Below, piece by piece: positions 30,169-39,127 of a stretch of 64,000 bases of DNA. Under the pieces are notes generated by a model that saw only the letters and a program-made list of their open reading frames with translations, made no database searches and had not been told where the DNA came from. How positions within the stretch are numbered: the first letter of the stretch is position 1; every line of letters starts with the position of its first letter. The stretch is from an uncultured Verrucomicrobiae bacterium. GTDB lineage: Bacteria; Verrucomicrobiota; Verrucomicrobiia; Opitutales; JABDGR01. The stretch covers positions 32,001-96,000 of the forward strand of contig CAVXVB010000009.1 of the NCBI GenBank assembly GCA_963765205.1, given 5' to 3'. Made by a program: the position numbers and the translations under genes.

Positions 30169-30643
30169 CCACGACGAAACCCCTTCCAAGGTGACGCTGC
30201 CCCGCTGGTTCTTTTCCGCGGCGGGTGTTGTCGGCAGCATTGTCATCATCATGGTGGTGCTGGCCGTCGCTTATAATTTTTCCCGTCCGAAAGTGACGGT
30301 GGACGCCGACATCGCCGCCCAGCGCCTGAAAACGCTCGCCGATGTGAAGGCCGCCCAGGCGGACCTTTACGACAATTACTCGGTGGTGGATCTCAAGAAG
30401 GGCATCGTCCGCATCCCTGTGGCCGAAGCCGTGAAGATCGAGGCGGCCAAGCTCGACGCCGCCACGCGCGGCGAGCCGGAGCCGCCCGTCCGACTTTCCC
30501 TGGCCGCATCGCCTGCCGGGTTTACCCCGCCGGCGCCACTGCCGCCCCCGGCCCCCGCTCCCGCGGCGGGCACCGCACCCGCCCCGGCCGCCGGCACGGC
30601 TCCAACGCCGGCACCCGCCGCGTCGTCCGCGACCGTCCAGTAA
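30161..30643 (+). CDS. ACIII-associated small membrane protein (ActG-like) with a Pro/Ala tail
   Basis: One TM helix, YSVVDLKKGIVRIPVAEA, position after actF, and an APAPAAGT repeat. Confidence 0.7.
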   Translation: MSDHDETPSKVTLPRWFFSAAGVVGSIVIIMVVLAVAYNFSRPKVTVDADIAAQRLKTLADVKAAQADLYDNYSVVDLKKGIVRIPVAEAVKIEAAKLDAATRGEPEPPVRLSLAASPAGFTPPAPLPPPAPAPAAGTAPAPAAGTAPTPAPAASSATVQ

Positions 30644-30685
30644 CATTTTTCCATTCAATATTTTTGCACGCGTCTCCGCGTCCGC

Positions 30686-32167
30686 ATGTGCCCTTGCGAA
30701 TCACTGGTTAAGGAAATAGACCCGCGCCCCGATGCCACCCAATCGGAGCCGGTTCTGCTTGGCCAGATTGACGCTTCGCTGCGCGGTCCGGTCGTGCTGT
30801 TCTTCTGGAAGGCGCTCGGTTGGCTGCTGGTGGGCACGGTGCTGGGCCTCATTGCCGCGGTCAAGCTGGTGAATCCGGATTTTCTTGCCGGCAGTGAATA
30901 TTTAACCTACGGCCGGGTATTTCCCGCCGCGATCGACTCTTTGGTTTACGGTTGGGGTTGCCAGGCGGTGTTTGCGGTGGCGCTTTGGTTGATGGCACGC
31001 TTGTGCCGCACGCAGGTGAAGCACCTCGGCGTGCTTTATGTGGCCTGGGCGTTTTGGAATCTCGCCGTGTTTTGCGGCGTGGTGAGCATCTTGGTCGGGG
31101 GGGCGACGGGGATGCCCGCGCTGGACCTGCCCCCGCAAGTCACACCGTTGTTAGGCTTCAGCTATGTGATGATTGCGATGTGGGGCGTGCTGTGCTTTCA
31201 TTACCGCGCACCCGGCCCGGTGTATGTCTCGCAATGGTTCCTGCTGGCGGCTTTGTTATTGTTTCCCTGGATTGGTTTTACCGCCGAGATGATGATTTTC
31301 TACGCGCCCGCGCGCGGCGTGGTGCAATCGCTCGTCAACGCCTGGTATGTGAACGACCTGCTCTGGGTGTGGTTTGCGCCGGTGGCGCTGGCGGTGATTT
31401 ATTACTTGCTGCCCAAAGTCCTTGGCCGGTCGATTTTCAGCTATTATCTTTCGATTATCGCGTTTTGGACGCTGATCATGTTCGGCGGATGGGCCGGGCC
31501 GCATTACCTGGTTTACGGCCCCGTCCCCGTTTGGGTGCAGACGGTCGGCATCGTCGGCAATATCATGTTGATCGTGCCCGTGATCGTCGTGTCGCTAAAC
31601 CTGCTGGTCACCGCCGGGCAGGACCTGCCGGGTGTCTGGCGGAGCGCCGTTCTGCGCTTTGCCGTGTTTGGTGCGGTGGCTTTTATATGCGCCGGCTTCT
31701 TTGGCGCCTGGGCCTCGATGCGCAACATCAGCCTCGTCGTCAACCTCACGCAATTCACGCTCGGCCACGCCTTCAACCTGTTTTACGCGTGCTTCTCGAT
31801 GGCGATGTTTGCCGCGATGTATTACATCATCCCGCGCGTGCTCGGCCGGGAATGGCCGTCGGCGATCCTGATCAAAGCGCATTTTTGGTCGTCGGCGCTC
31901 GGCAGCGCGGCGCTGGTGCTGGGGCTTTATTTTTTGGGCTGGCGGCAGGGCGTGGACATCAACAACCCCGAGATTGACTTCATCGCGATTGTCAAGGAAG
32001 GCGGCTTGGTGAACGAAATGCGTGTCGCCGCGGTGGCGCTCCTGGCGGTGGGCCAGTTGGTGTTTCTGGTCAATTTTGGCTGGATGGCCGCCGGCGCGGC
32101 TTGCGAATGCGGCTGTGCGTTTTTGAAAAAACTGGGCCTGTTCCCGGTGGGATGGAGGCTCCCATGA
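30686..32167 (+). CDS. cbb3-type oxidase subunit I (CcoN)-like protein lacking most metal-binding histidines
   Basis: About 12 TM helices with LTYGRVFP, YYLLPK and WAGPHYLVYGPVP; canonical His ligands are replaced (see findings). Confidence 0.8.
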   Translation: MCPCESLVKEIDPRPDATQSEPVLLGQIDASLRGPVVLFFWKALGWLLVGTVLGLIAAVKLVNPDFLAGSEYLTYGRVFPAAIDSLVYGWGCQAVFAVALWLMARLCRTQVKHLGVLYVAWAFWNLAVFCGVVSILVGGATGMPALDLPPQVTPLLGFSYVMIAMWGVLCFHYRAPGPVYVSQWFLLAALLLFPWIGFTAEMMIFYAPARGVVQSLVNAWYVNDLLWVWFAPVALAVIYYLLPKVLGRSIFSYYLSIIAFWTLIMFGGWAGPHYLVYGPVPVWVQTVGIVGNIMLIVPVIVVSLNLLVTAGQDLPGVWRSAVLRFAVFGAVAFICAGFFGAWASMRNISLVVNLTQFTLGHAFNLFYACFSMAMFAAMYYIIPRVLGREWPSAILIKAHFWSSALGSAALVLGLYFLGWRQGVDINNPEIDFIAIVKEGGLVNEMRVAAVALLAVGQLVFLVNFGWMAAGAACECGCAFLKKLGLFPVGWRLP

Positions 32168-32859
32168 AGAATCTGCAACTGCTTTATTGCGGCATTCTCT
32201 TCGTGCTGGTCGCCCCCTGGTGCGGGCTGATCCTCGCCTCGAATGTGCAAATCGGCGGCCTTGAACCGGGCGCGACGGACGAAGGCGACCCGGTTTACCC
32301 CAAGGCGGCTGCCGGCATTGCCGAGCAGGGCCGCCAGGTTTACATCGAGATGGGCTGCGTCTATTGCCACACCCAGCAGCCCCGCCCCGTGAATGCCGAA
32401 GTCCTTCTCGACCAGACGGTCAAGACCAAGGACGGCTCGAAGGTCGAGCCGGTTTTCCTCAGTCCCGATATCGCGCGCAATTGGGCCAAGCGCGGTTCCG
32501 TGGCCCGCGATTACATCTACCAGTCGCGCCCGCAGCTCGGTTTTGTGCGCGTCGGCCCCGATTTGGCCGACGTGGGCGCCCATCCGATTGCCGCCTTGGA
32601 TTCGGACTGGCTCTACCTGCATCTCTACGATCCGCAAATCAAAAGCCCCGGCTCGATCATGCCGACGTTCCGCTTCCTCTTTACCCAGCAAAAAATCGGC
32701 GACCAGCCCTCGGCGGATGCGCTCAAGCTGCCGGACTCCGAGCCGATCCGGGCGCCGGCCGGATATGAAGTGGTCCCCACGGCGCGGGCCAAGGCATTGG
32801 TGGCCTACCTGCGCAGCTTGAACCTCGATTACGATCTGCCGGAAGCCCCCCTGCCGTAG
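32164..32859 (+). CDS. cbb3-type oxidase subunit II (CcoO)-like monoheme cytochrome c
   Basis: GRQVYIEMGCVYCHTQQ, RVGPDLADVG and HLYDPQ..PGSIMP. Confidence 0.85.
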   Translation: MKNLQLLYCGILFVLVAPWCGLILASNVQIGGLEPGATDEGDPVYPKAAAGIAEQGRQVYIEMGCVYCHTQQPRPVNAEVLLDQTVKTKDGSKVEPVFLSPDIARNWAKRGSVARDYIYQSRPQLGFVRVGPDLADVGAHPIAALDSDWLYLHLYDPQIKSPGSIMPTFRFLFTQQKIGDQPSADALKLPDSEPIRAPAGYEVVPTARAKALVAYLRSLNLDYDLPEAPLP

Positions 32860-32871
32860 GGCCCTAGCGCC

Positions 32872-33648
32872 ATGAGTGAAACCTCTCCCAGTTCCCCGCA
32901 TCCCTCCGGCTCGTCTTCCGCGCCGGGCGGCTTGGCCGGTGGCGCGGACAGCATGGGTGACCAGACGCTGCAAGCGATTCATGCCAGGCTCCTGCATGAG
33001 AAGGAGGAGCCGAGCGAGGGCTTTTCCCTCATCCCGATATTCCTCATCTTTCTCGGTTGCGTGCTGGTGTATACGAACGGCGTTTACCTTGCCACCCGCT
33101 CCGGCGCGTTTCATGGGGACGTATACAATGACCACTGGGTGCCTGGTGGCAACGGCCCGGCGGTGATTGACCCTTACAAACTGGGCGCCCGCGTCTTCAA
33201 GGACAATTGCGCGACCTGCCACCAGCCCGACGGCATGGGGAAGGAAGGCGCGTATCCGCCGCTGGCCGGCTCACCTTGGCCGGTCGGCAACCCCGCGCGC
33301 GCCATTAAAATTGTTCTCGCCGGCATGGGCGGGGCCATCACCGTCAACGGCCACAGCATTCCCAACGGCGCCATGCCGCCCGTGGGCGCGACATTGCCCG
33401 ACGCGCAGATTGCCGCCGTGTTGACCTACGTCCGCGCCACCTGGGGGAATAATGATTCCGCGGTGGATCCCGCGGTCGTGACGCAAACCCGAGCTGACAT
33501 GGGCAAGCGCGGCACATGGACACCGGATGAAATTCTCAAGGAGAATCCGTTGGGAGATTATCATCCTCCGGCGCCCGTCCCGGTGGATGCTTCCGCGCCC
33601 GCCGCTTCTGGTGCTCCCGCACCCGCCGCGGCGTCGGCGACAAATTAA
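32872..33648 (+). CDS. Membrane-anchored monoheme cytochrome c
   Basis: TM helix, CATCHQ, YPPLAGS, axial-Met motif GAMPP and VLTYVRATWGN. Confidence 0.88.
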   Translation: MSETSPSSPHPSGSSSAPGGLAGGADSMGDQTLQAIHARLLHEKEEPSEGFSLIPIFLIFLGCVLVYTNGVYLATRSGAFHGDVYNDHWVPGGNGPAVIDPYKLGARVFKDNCATCHQPDGMGKEGAYPPLAGSPWPVGNPARAIKIVLAGMGGAITVNGHSIPNGAMPPVGATLPDAQIAAVLTYVRATWGNNDSAVDPAVVTQTRADMGKRGTWTPDEILKENPLGDYHPPAPVPVDASAPAASGAPAPAAASATN

Positions 33649-33702
33649 TGTCCGCGCCGATTGCGAGTTTCGCGCTGGTCGAAGCCGCCCTGGCCGCGCG
33701 GA

Positions 33703-34638
33703 CTATTGCCTTTGCCATTGCCCGGCATTGGCCGCCGGGGTGGGGTGGGTGGGGGTGGTTTCACCGATGCCGTTGAGGCCTTGGCGGCGGAGGGAGACGA
33801 TGACTTGCAGGCGCTGGTCGTGCGCGCCTTTGTAGGTGCCGCGCATGGGCGCGACATCGTGGTAATCGCGCCCCACAGCCGTCACGACGTGCCGCTCGCC
33901 GGCAGCCTGGTTGTTGGTCGGGTCGAGTCCATACCATTCGCCGCCGGGCAAAAAGACTTCGATCCACGCATGGCTGGCCGCCGCGCCGACGAGCGCGGGG
34001 TCGGTTTTTTCCGGGTCGTAGTGTTCGATGTAGCCGCTGACGTAACGCGCGGGCAGGCCGGCGTTGCGCACAATCGCCAGCATCAAATGTGCGAAATCCT
34101 GGCAGACACCACTGCGTTGCTTGATGACTTGTTCCAGCGGCGTGCTGATGTCCGTCACGCCGGGTTTATACGCGAATTCGCGATAGATATAGGTGTTGAG
34201 TACCAGCAGTGATTCGCCCAGCGCCGCGCCCGGCTCGAAGAACCGCGGCTTGAGCGGGCGCAGGACTTCGCCCAGCGGCACGGTGTCGCTGGGCTGGAGA
34301 AAGTCGAACAGCCGGAACATCTGGCTGTGGACGATCTGGCGCGTTTCGGCGACGTTGACGCTGAGCGGCTCGCGCAAATCCGGCGGCGGAAAGGTTTCCA
34401 CTTCGGCGGTGGCCTCGACCGCGAGCCGCTGGTGGCGGAACGGGACGGAGAAAAATTCCACATGGTTGCCGAAATAGTCCACGTAGTTGTCCACCGGCAC
34501 GCGCGGTTCGATGGCGAGCTGGCGCTGGAGGACTTTTTGCGTCTCGGTGTCACGCGGCCACACGCGCAACTCCGCGAAGCACTCGGAGGCGGGCGCGACG
34601 TAGGCGTATTCAGTGCGATGGGTGACGCGGAAGCGCAT
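33703..34638 (-). CDS. Transglutaminase-family protein (Bact_transglu_N plus catalytic domain)
   Basis: FRVTHRTEYAY, DYFGN, GVCQDFAH, PARYVSGY, SHAWIE, LDPTN and GRDYHDVAP. Confidence 0.9.
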   Translation of the reverse strand: MRFRVTHRTEYAYVAPASECFAELRVWPRDTETQKVLQRQLAIEPRVPVDNYVDYFGNHVEFFSVPFRHQRLAVEATAEVETFPPPDLREPLSVNVAETRQIVHSQMFRLFDFLQPSDTVPLGEVLRPLKPRFFEPGAALGESLLVLNTYIYREFAYKPGVTDISTPLEQVIKQRSGVCQDFAHLMLAIVRNAGLPARYVSGYIEHYDPEKTDPALVGAAASHAWIEVFLPGGEWYGLDPTNNQAAGERHVVTAVGRDYHDVAPMRGTYKGAHDQRLQVIVSLRRQGLNGIGETTPTHPTPAANAGQWQRQ

Positions 34639-34662
34639 GGCGCGGGGCGGGTGGACGGGAGC

Positions 34663-37176
34663 TTAGCGAAATTCGAGCTTGGTTTGCTCGCCTTTGGCGA
34701 AGGCGTGCTGGTGGCTGAAGTAAGTGTCTTCGAGGCGCTGGTGCAAGGCTTCGATTTGGTGGCGCAAATCACCCAGCAAATCGCTGTGGTCGGTGGTGAG
34801 CACCTGGGCGGGGTCGAGGCGCTGGCAGGTTTCTTCCAGGACGGTCAGTTCGTCCAAGAGGGGATTGGCTGGGCCGAGGTCGCGGTGCGTTTGCAGGTTG
34901 GCGAGGGCCAGGCGCAAATGGGTGAGGCAATGCCCGGCGGAACTCGGGTTGCCGGCGTTCCCGATCATGAGCGCAATCACACGGCCCAGATACGCGCGCG
35001 AGCGGTAGGTGCGCCGGTAGGCGTCCAGCGAGCAAAGCAGGCGCAGCAGCGCGATGAGGTCGGTCTCCTGCTCGAGGCGGCCGAGCAACTGGCGGCCTTC
35101 CGGGCCGACGAGCGCTTGGAGGATGGCGAGCGTGTCAATGGCGCGCTCGAGCCAGCCGCCGATGCGGAAAAACTGCCAGGCCTCGTCGTGCAACATGGTG
35201 CGTTCAGCCGCGCCGCTGGCGCGCTGGGTTTCCTCGACCACGATTTGGCAGATCTCCCGCAGGCGCGCCCGCGAGGCGTTTTTGGGCCGCGCGCCGACCT
35301 CGAGTAATTTGAGACCGAGCTGGTTGAGCGCCTGCCACAACTCGGGCGTCACGATGTCGCGGATGCCCGAGGCGTTGCTGATGGCCGCGCGCACGCAGGC
35401 GTGGACGGAGGCCGGCAGGGCGCGGTCGAGCACGAGCGCGCGCGTCAAGTCCGGCAAGTCCGGCGGCGGCTCGATGTTGGTGCGCACCCATTGGTCGGCG
35501 GACACGGCCACGGCGCGCCACAAGGGCCAATAGAGGCGTTGTGCGTCGGTGCCCAGCGCGTCCCAGCGCAGCGCATCGAGGGTGTTGAGCTGGCGGGCGA
35601 TGTTTTCAGCGCGTTCGAGGTAGCGGCCCATCCAATACATGGTTTCGGCGACGCGGCTGCCGATGGAAAATTCCTCGCCGGCGGTCTCGGGCTCGGCGGC
35701 GGCGGCGGCGAAGGTCGGGGCGCCGCCGGAACTTTCGGCGGAGACCCAGGTGTCCTTGATGCCGCCGGTCATAATGGTCAGGCGCTGGCTTTCGTGGCGG
35801 CCGAGGGCCTGGCGCGTCAGTCCGCCGGGCAGCACCACGGGTGTTTCGCCGAGCAGCACAAACGCGCGCAAGAAGACACTGCGCGATACGAATTCGCCCT
35901 CGTGGAAACGGGGCGCGTGGCTGGGCGCGAGCACGGGCTGGGCCACGAGCAGGTCGGGATGCAGCTCGAGCGCCGGGCGCAGGTCGCGCGAGCCGGAGAG
36001 GTCGAGCTGCTTGCCGTAATACTTCTGCATCGTGTTCAAGTCGTGGATGGGCTTGAGCACCATGCTGGCGAGGTTGTGGCGGACGTGCGCGGCCTGGTCC
36101 ACGTCGCGGCAGGTGAAGGTTGGCACAGTCTTGAGCAGCGGTTTCTCGTGCAAATAATAGAGAATGATCTGGTCGGAGTAGCGGAGGATGGCGCGGTTGT
36201 CCGCCACGCCGCAGCCGATGGCGTTGACGATGGCGACCGCGCCTTTACGCACGCAGTTGACCAGCCCCGGCACGCCCTGGAAGCGCGACTTCCCAAAGGC
36301 AATCGGGTCAATCGAGGAGCTTTCGATGCGGCGGTAAATCACGTCCACCTGTTCAAGGCCGCGGATGGTCTTGAGGAACACGCGGCTTTCGCGCACGAGC
36401 AAATCGCCGGGCTGCACCATGGCAATGCCGAGGCTGCGCGCGAGGAAACTTTCCTCGAAGTAGGACTGGTTGTCCTCACCCCGGCACAGGAGGACGGCGT
36501 GCGGGTTGGGCAGCGGCGAGGAGGCCCGCAGCATTTCCGCCATTTGCGCCGCAAAGGGCGCGACCGGGGCCACGTCCACGGTGGCGAATAATTCGGGAAA
36601 GGCCTGGGCCAGCATCCGGCGCGATTGCAGCACGTAGGCGATGCCGAAGGGCGTGGAAAAATGGTTTTCGAGCACCTGCCACGCGCCGGCGGCGTCGCGC
36701 ACCAAATCCACGGCGACCAGGGGCGCGTAGAGGTTTTCGCGGATGGGCAGACCGATCAGTTGGCGGTGAAAGGCCGGGTCACTCAGCACAATTTCGTGAG
36801 GCACGGCGCGGTCGTGCAGAATGCGCTGCGGGCCGTAGATGTCGGCGATATAGGCATTGAAGGCGCGGGCACGCTGGATCAGGCCGTGTTCGAGCAAAGA
36901 CCACTCCGTTGTTGCGATGACGCGCGGGAGCAAGTCGAGGCGCCACTCATGGTCGTCAATTGGTTGGTCATCCACCACGGCAAAGTGCGCGCCCAACTCG
37001 CGCGCGGCGCGGGTCAGCCGCGCGCTGCGGGCCATCAACTCGCCGCGGCTGAAGCGGTCCAGCGCGGAAAACAGGCGGGCGACGTCGGGCCGGGGCTGGC
37101 CGGGCGACGACCACATTTCGTCGCGCAGCGGTTGGTAGCCGGCGAAGAGGTCGCGGGAGTTGTCGGGTCGGCGCAC
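34663..37176 (-). CDS. Circularly permuted type 2 ATP-grasp protein fused to an alpha-E domain
   Basis: LDLLPRVI, GLIQRARA, VDVIYRRI, PGGLTR and KDTWV, followed by alpha-E motifs WMGRYLERAEN and GWLERA. Confidence 0.9.
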   Translation of the reverse strand: MRRPDNSRDLFAGYQPLRDEMWSSPGQPRPDVARLFSALDRFSRGELMARSARLTRAARELGAHFAVVDDQPIDDHEWRLDLLPRVIATTEWSLLEHGLIQRARAFNAYIADIYGPQRILHDRAVPHEIVLSDPAFHRQLIGLPIRENLYAPLVAVDLVRDAAGAWQVLENHFSTPFGIAYVLQSRRMLAQAFPELFATVDVAPVAPFAAQMAEMLRASSPLPNPHAVLLCRGEDNQSYFEESFLARSLGIAMVQPGDLLVRESRVFLKTIRGLEQVDVIYRRIESSSIDPIAFGKSRFQGVPGLVNCVRKGAVAIVNAIGCGVADNRAILRYSDQIILYYLHEKPLLKTVPTFTCRDVDQAAHVRHNLASMVLKPIHDLNTMQKYYGKQLDLSGSRDLRPALELHPDLLVAQPVLAPSHAPRFHEGEFVSRSVFLRAFVLLGETPVVLPGGLTRQALGRHESQRLTIMTGGIKDTWVSAESSGGAPTFAAAAAEPETAGEEFSIGSRVAETMYWMGRYLERAENIARQLNTLDALRWDALGTDAQRLYWPLWRAVAVSADQWVRTNIEPPPDLPDLTRALVLDRALPASVHACVRAAISNASGIRDIVTPELWQALNQLGLKLLEVGARPKNASRARLREICQIVVEETQRASGAAERTMLHDEAWQFFRIGGWLERAIDTLAILQALVGPEGRQLLGRLEQETDLIALLRLLCSLDAYRRTYRSRAYLGRVIALMIGNAGNPSSAGHCLTHLRLALANLQTHRDLGPANPLLDELTVLEETCQRLDPAQVLTTDHSDLLGDLRHQIEALHQRLEDTYFSHQHAFAKGEQTKLEFR

Positions 37177-37184
37177 GGCGGCAA

Positions 37185-37973
37185 TCAGAGGGTCGGCACG
37201 GCGGCGATGAGCTGGCGCGTGTATTCGTGGCGCGGGTGGGCGTAAATTTCAGCGGCCGTCGCGGCCTCGACGATTTTGCCGCCGGTCATCACCAGCACGT
37301 CGTCGCTGACGTGCTCCACCACCGCGAGGTCGTGGGCGATGAACAGGTAAGTAAGTCCGAGCTGCTGCTGCAGGTCGAGCAGGAGGTTGACGATTTGCGC
37401 CTGCACGGACACGTCGAGCGCACTGACCGGCTCGTCGCAGACGATGAACTCCGGCTCGACCGCCAGGGCGCGGGCGATGCCGATGCGCTGGCGCTGGCCG
37501 CCGGAAAACTCATGCGGGTAGCGGTGCCGGTGGGCCGCTTCGAGGCCGACCAGGCGCAGGAGCTCGGCGACGCGCGATTCGCGCTCCGCCCGGGTCTTTT
37601 TGGGAAAGTGAATTTCGAGCGGTTCGGAGAGAATCTGGAAAACGGTCAGGCGCGGGTTCAATGAATTGAATGGGTCCTGGAAGATCATTTGAATCCGTTT
37701 GCGGTAGGGGAAGAATTCGTGCTCGGAACGGCCGGTCAATTCCGCGCCGTCATATTTGATGGAGCCGCTGGTGATGGGAGCGAGGCGGGTGAGCGCGCGG
37801 CCAATCGTGGTCTTGCCGCTGCCGCTTTCGCCGACCAGCCCGACGGTCGCGCCGCGCGGCACCTGGAACGAGACGCCGTCCACTGCGCGCACCACGTCGC
37901 GGCTGCGGCCGAACACCCCGCCGCGCAGCGGGTAGTGGACGCGCAAATCGGTGACTTCGAGGAGGGGGGACAT
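37185..37973 (-). CDS. Oligopeptide ABC transporter ATP-binding protein (OppF-like)
   Basis: [26 protein letters not shown] and HEYT. Confidence 0.92.
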   Translation of the reverse strand: MSPLLEVTDLRVHYPLRGGVFGRSRDVVRAVDGVSFQVPRGATVGLVGESGSGKTTIGRALTRLAPITSGSIKYDGAELTGRSEHEFFPYRKRIQMIFQDPFNSLNPRLTVFQILSEPLEIHFPKKTRAERESRVAELLRLVGLEAAHRHRYPHEFSGGQRQRIGIARALAVEPEFIVCDEPVSALDVSVQAQIVNLLLDLQQQLGLTYLFIAHDLAVVEHVSDDVLVMTGGKIVEAATAAEIYAHPRHEYTRQLIAAVPTL

Positions 37974-37974
37974 G

Positions 37975-38101
37975 AGAATGGAAAATGGAAGATGGAAAAT
38001 GGAAAAAGAAGAATGAAGAGGAAGAAGCAGATAAAATTAAGAATCCATGATGGAAATAGGAAGCAAAAGAATCGGGTGGTTTGGTTTTTCCATTTTCCAT
38101 T
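37975..38101. repeat. AATGGAA heptamer tandem repeat with an inverted copy
   Basis: AATGGAA-AATGGAA-GATGGAA-AATGGAA ... TTTTCCATTTTCCATT. Confidence 0.75.
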
Positions 38102-38103
38102 CT

Positions 38104-38967
38104 TCACACCGCTTCCGCCGCCTCGATTTTCGCGTAATCAATCGTGGTCAGGCGTTCCTGGTGGTGGCCGAGGCGGGGGATGCAGGCGATGAGGGCCTGC
38201 GTGTAGGGGTGCTGGGGCGCGCGCAAGACCTGCGCCACCGGCCCGGCTTCGACGATTTTGCCGCGGAACATCACAATCACGTCGTCGGCAAAGTCGGAGA
38301 CGACGGCGAAATTGTGCGTGATGAGGATGATGGACATGCGGTGCCGGGCACGCACATCGCGCAGGAGGTCGAGGATTTGCTTCTGGATGGTGACGTCGAG
38401 CGCGGTGGTCGGCTCGTCGGCGACGAGAACGTGCGGCTCGCAGGCGAGGGCCATGGCGATCATGACGCGCTGCTGCATGCCGCCGCTGAGTTCGTGCGGG
38501 TAGGCGCGGGCGCGTTTTTCCGGGTCGCGGATGCCCACGTCGCGCAGGGCCGCGACCACTCGCCCGGGCACGTCTTTTACTTGGGGCAGGTGCAGCTTCA
38601 CCGCCTCCGCAATCTGCCAACCGACGGAAAACACCGGGTTGAGCGAGCTGCCTGGCTCCTGGAAAATGTAGGCGATTTCCTTGCCGCGGATTTTTTGCAA
38701 TTCTCCCGGCAGCGCGGCCAGCACGTCCCGCCCGCGGTAGAGCACCCGCCCGCTTAAGGTGCAGGCTGGTGGCGGGGGCAGCAAACGCGTCAGCGCAAGG
38801 GCGGTGACGGACTTACCGCTGCCGCTTTCGCCCACCACCGCGAGCGTCCGCCCCTCGTGCAGTTGGAACGAGATGCCATTGACGGCCTCGACGACCTGGT
38901 CGCGGCCATGGAAGCTGATGCGCAAGTTTTCGACTTGCAGGAGCGGGGAGGATGCGGAATCGGGCAC
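38104..38967 (-). CDS. Oligopeptide ABC transporter ATP-binding protein (OppD-like)
   Basis: GESGSGKS, LSGGMQQR, ADEPTTALD and HPYT; GTG start. Confidence 0.92.
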   Translation of the reverse strand: MPDSASSPLLQVENLRISFHGRDQVVEAVNGISFQLHEGRTLAVVGESGSGKSVTALALTRLLPPPPACTLSGRVLYRGRDVLAALPGELQKIRGKEIAYIFQEPGSSLNPVFSVGWQIAEAVKLHLPQVKDVPGRVVAALRDVGIRDPEKRARAYPHELSGGMQQRVMIAMALACEPHVLVADEPTTALDVTIQKQILDLLRDVRARHRMSIILITHNFAVVSDFADDVIVMFRGKIVEAGPVAQVLRAPQHPYTQALIACIPRLGHHQERLTTIDYAKIEAAEAV

Positions 38968-38975
38968 GACAATTA

Positions 38976-39125
38976 ATTTCGAGTTTCGGGTTGCGAGTTG
39001 CAGATTACACGTTGCAGGTTGGGGTTAGGGTTGGAGTTTTCGGAAGGGTTTTGGTTCGTTGGTGCGGGAGATTGATGGGCTTGTCCTCAGTCGCCTCAGG
39101 GATCTCAGTCGCCGGAGTGGCCTTT
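38976..39125. repeat. Intergenic heptamer and 9-mer repeats of the same families as the rsmA insertion
   Basis: TTTCGAG-TTTCGGG-TTGCGAG-TTGCAG and CTCAGTCGC-CTCAGGGAT-CTCAGTCGC. Confidence 0.65.
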
Positions 39126-39127
39126 GG

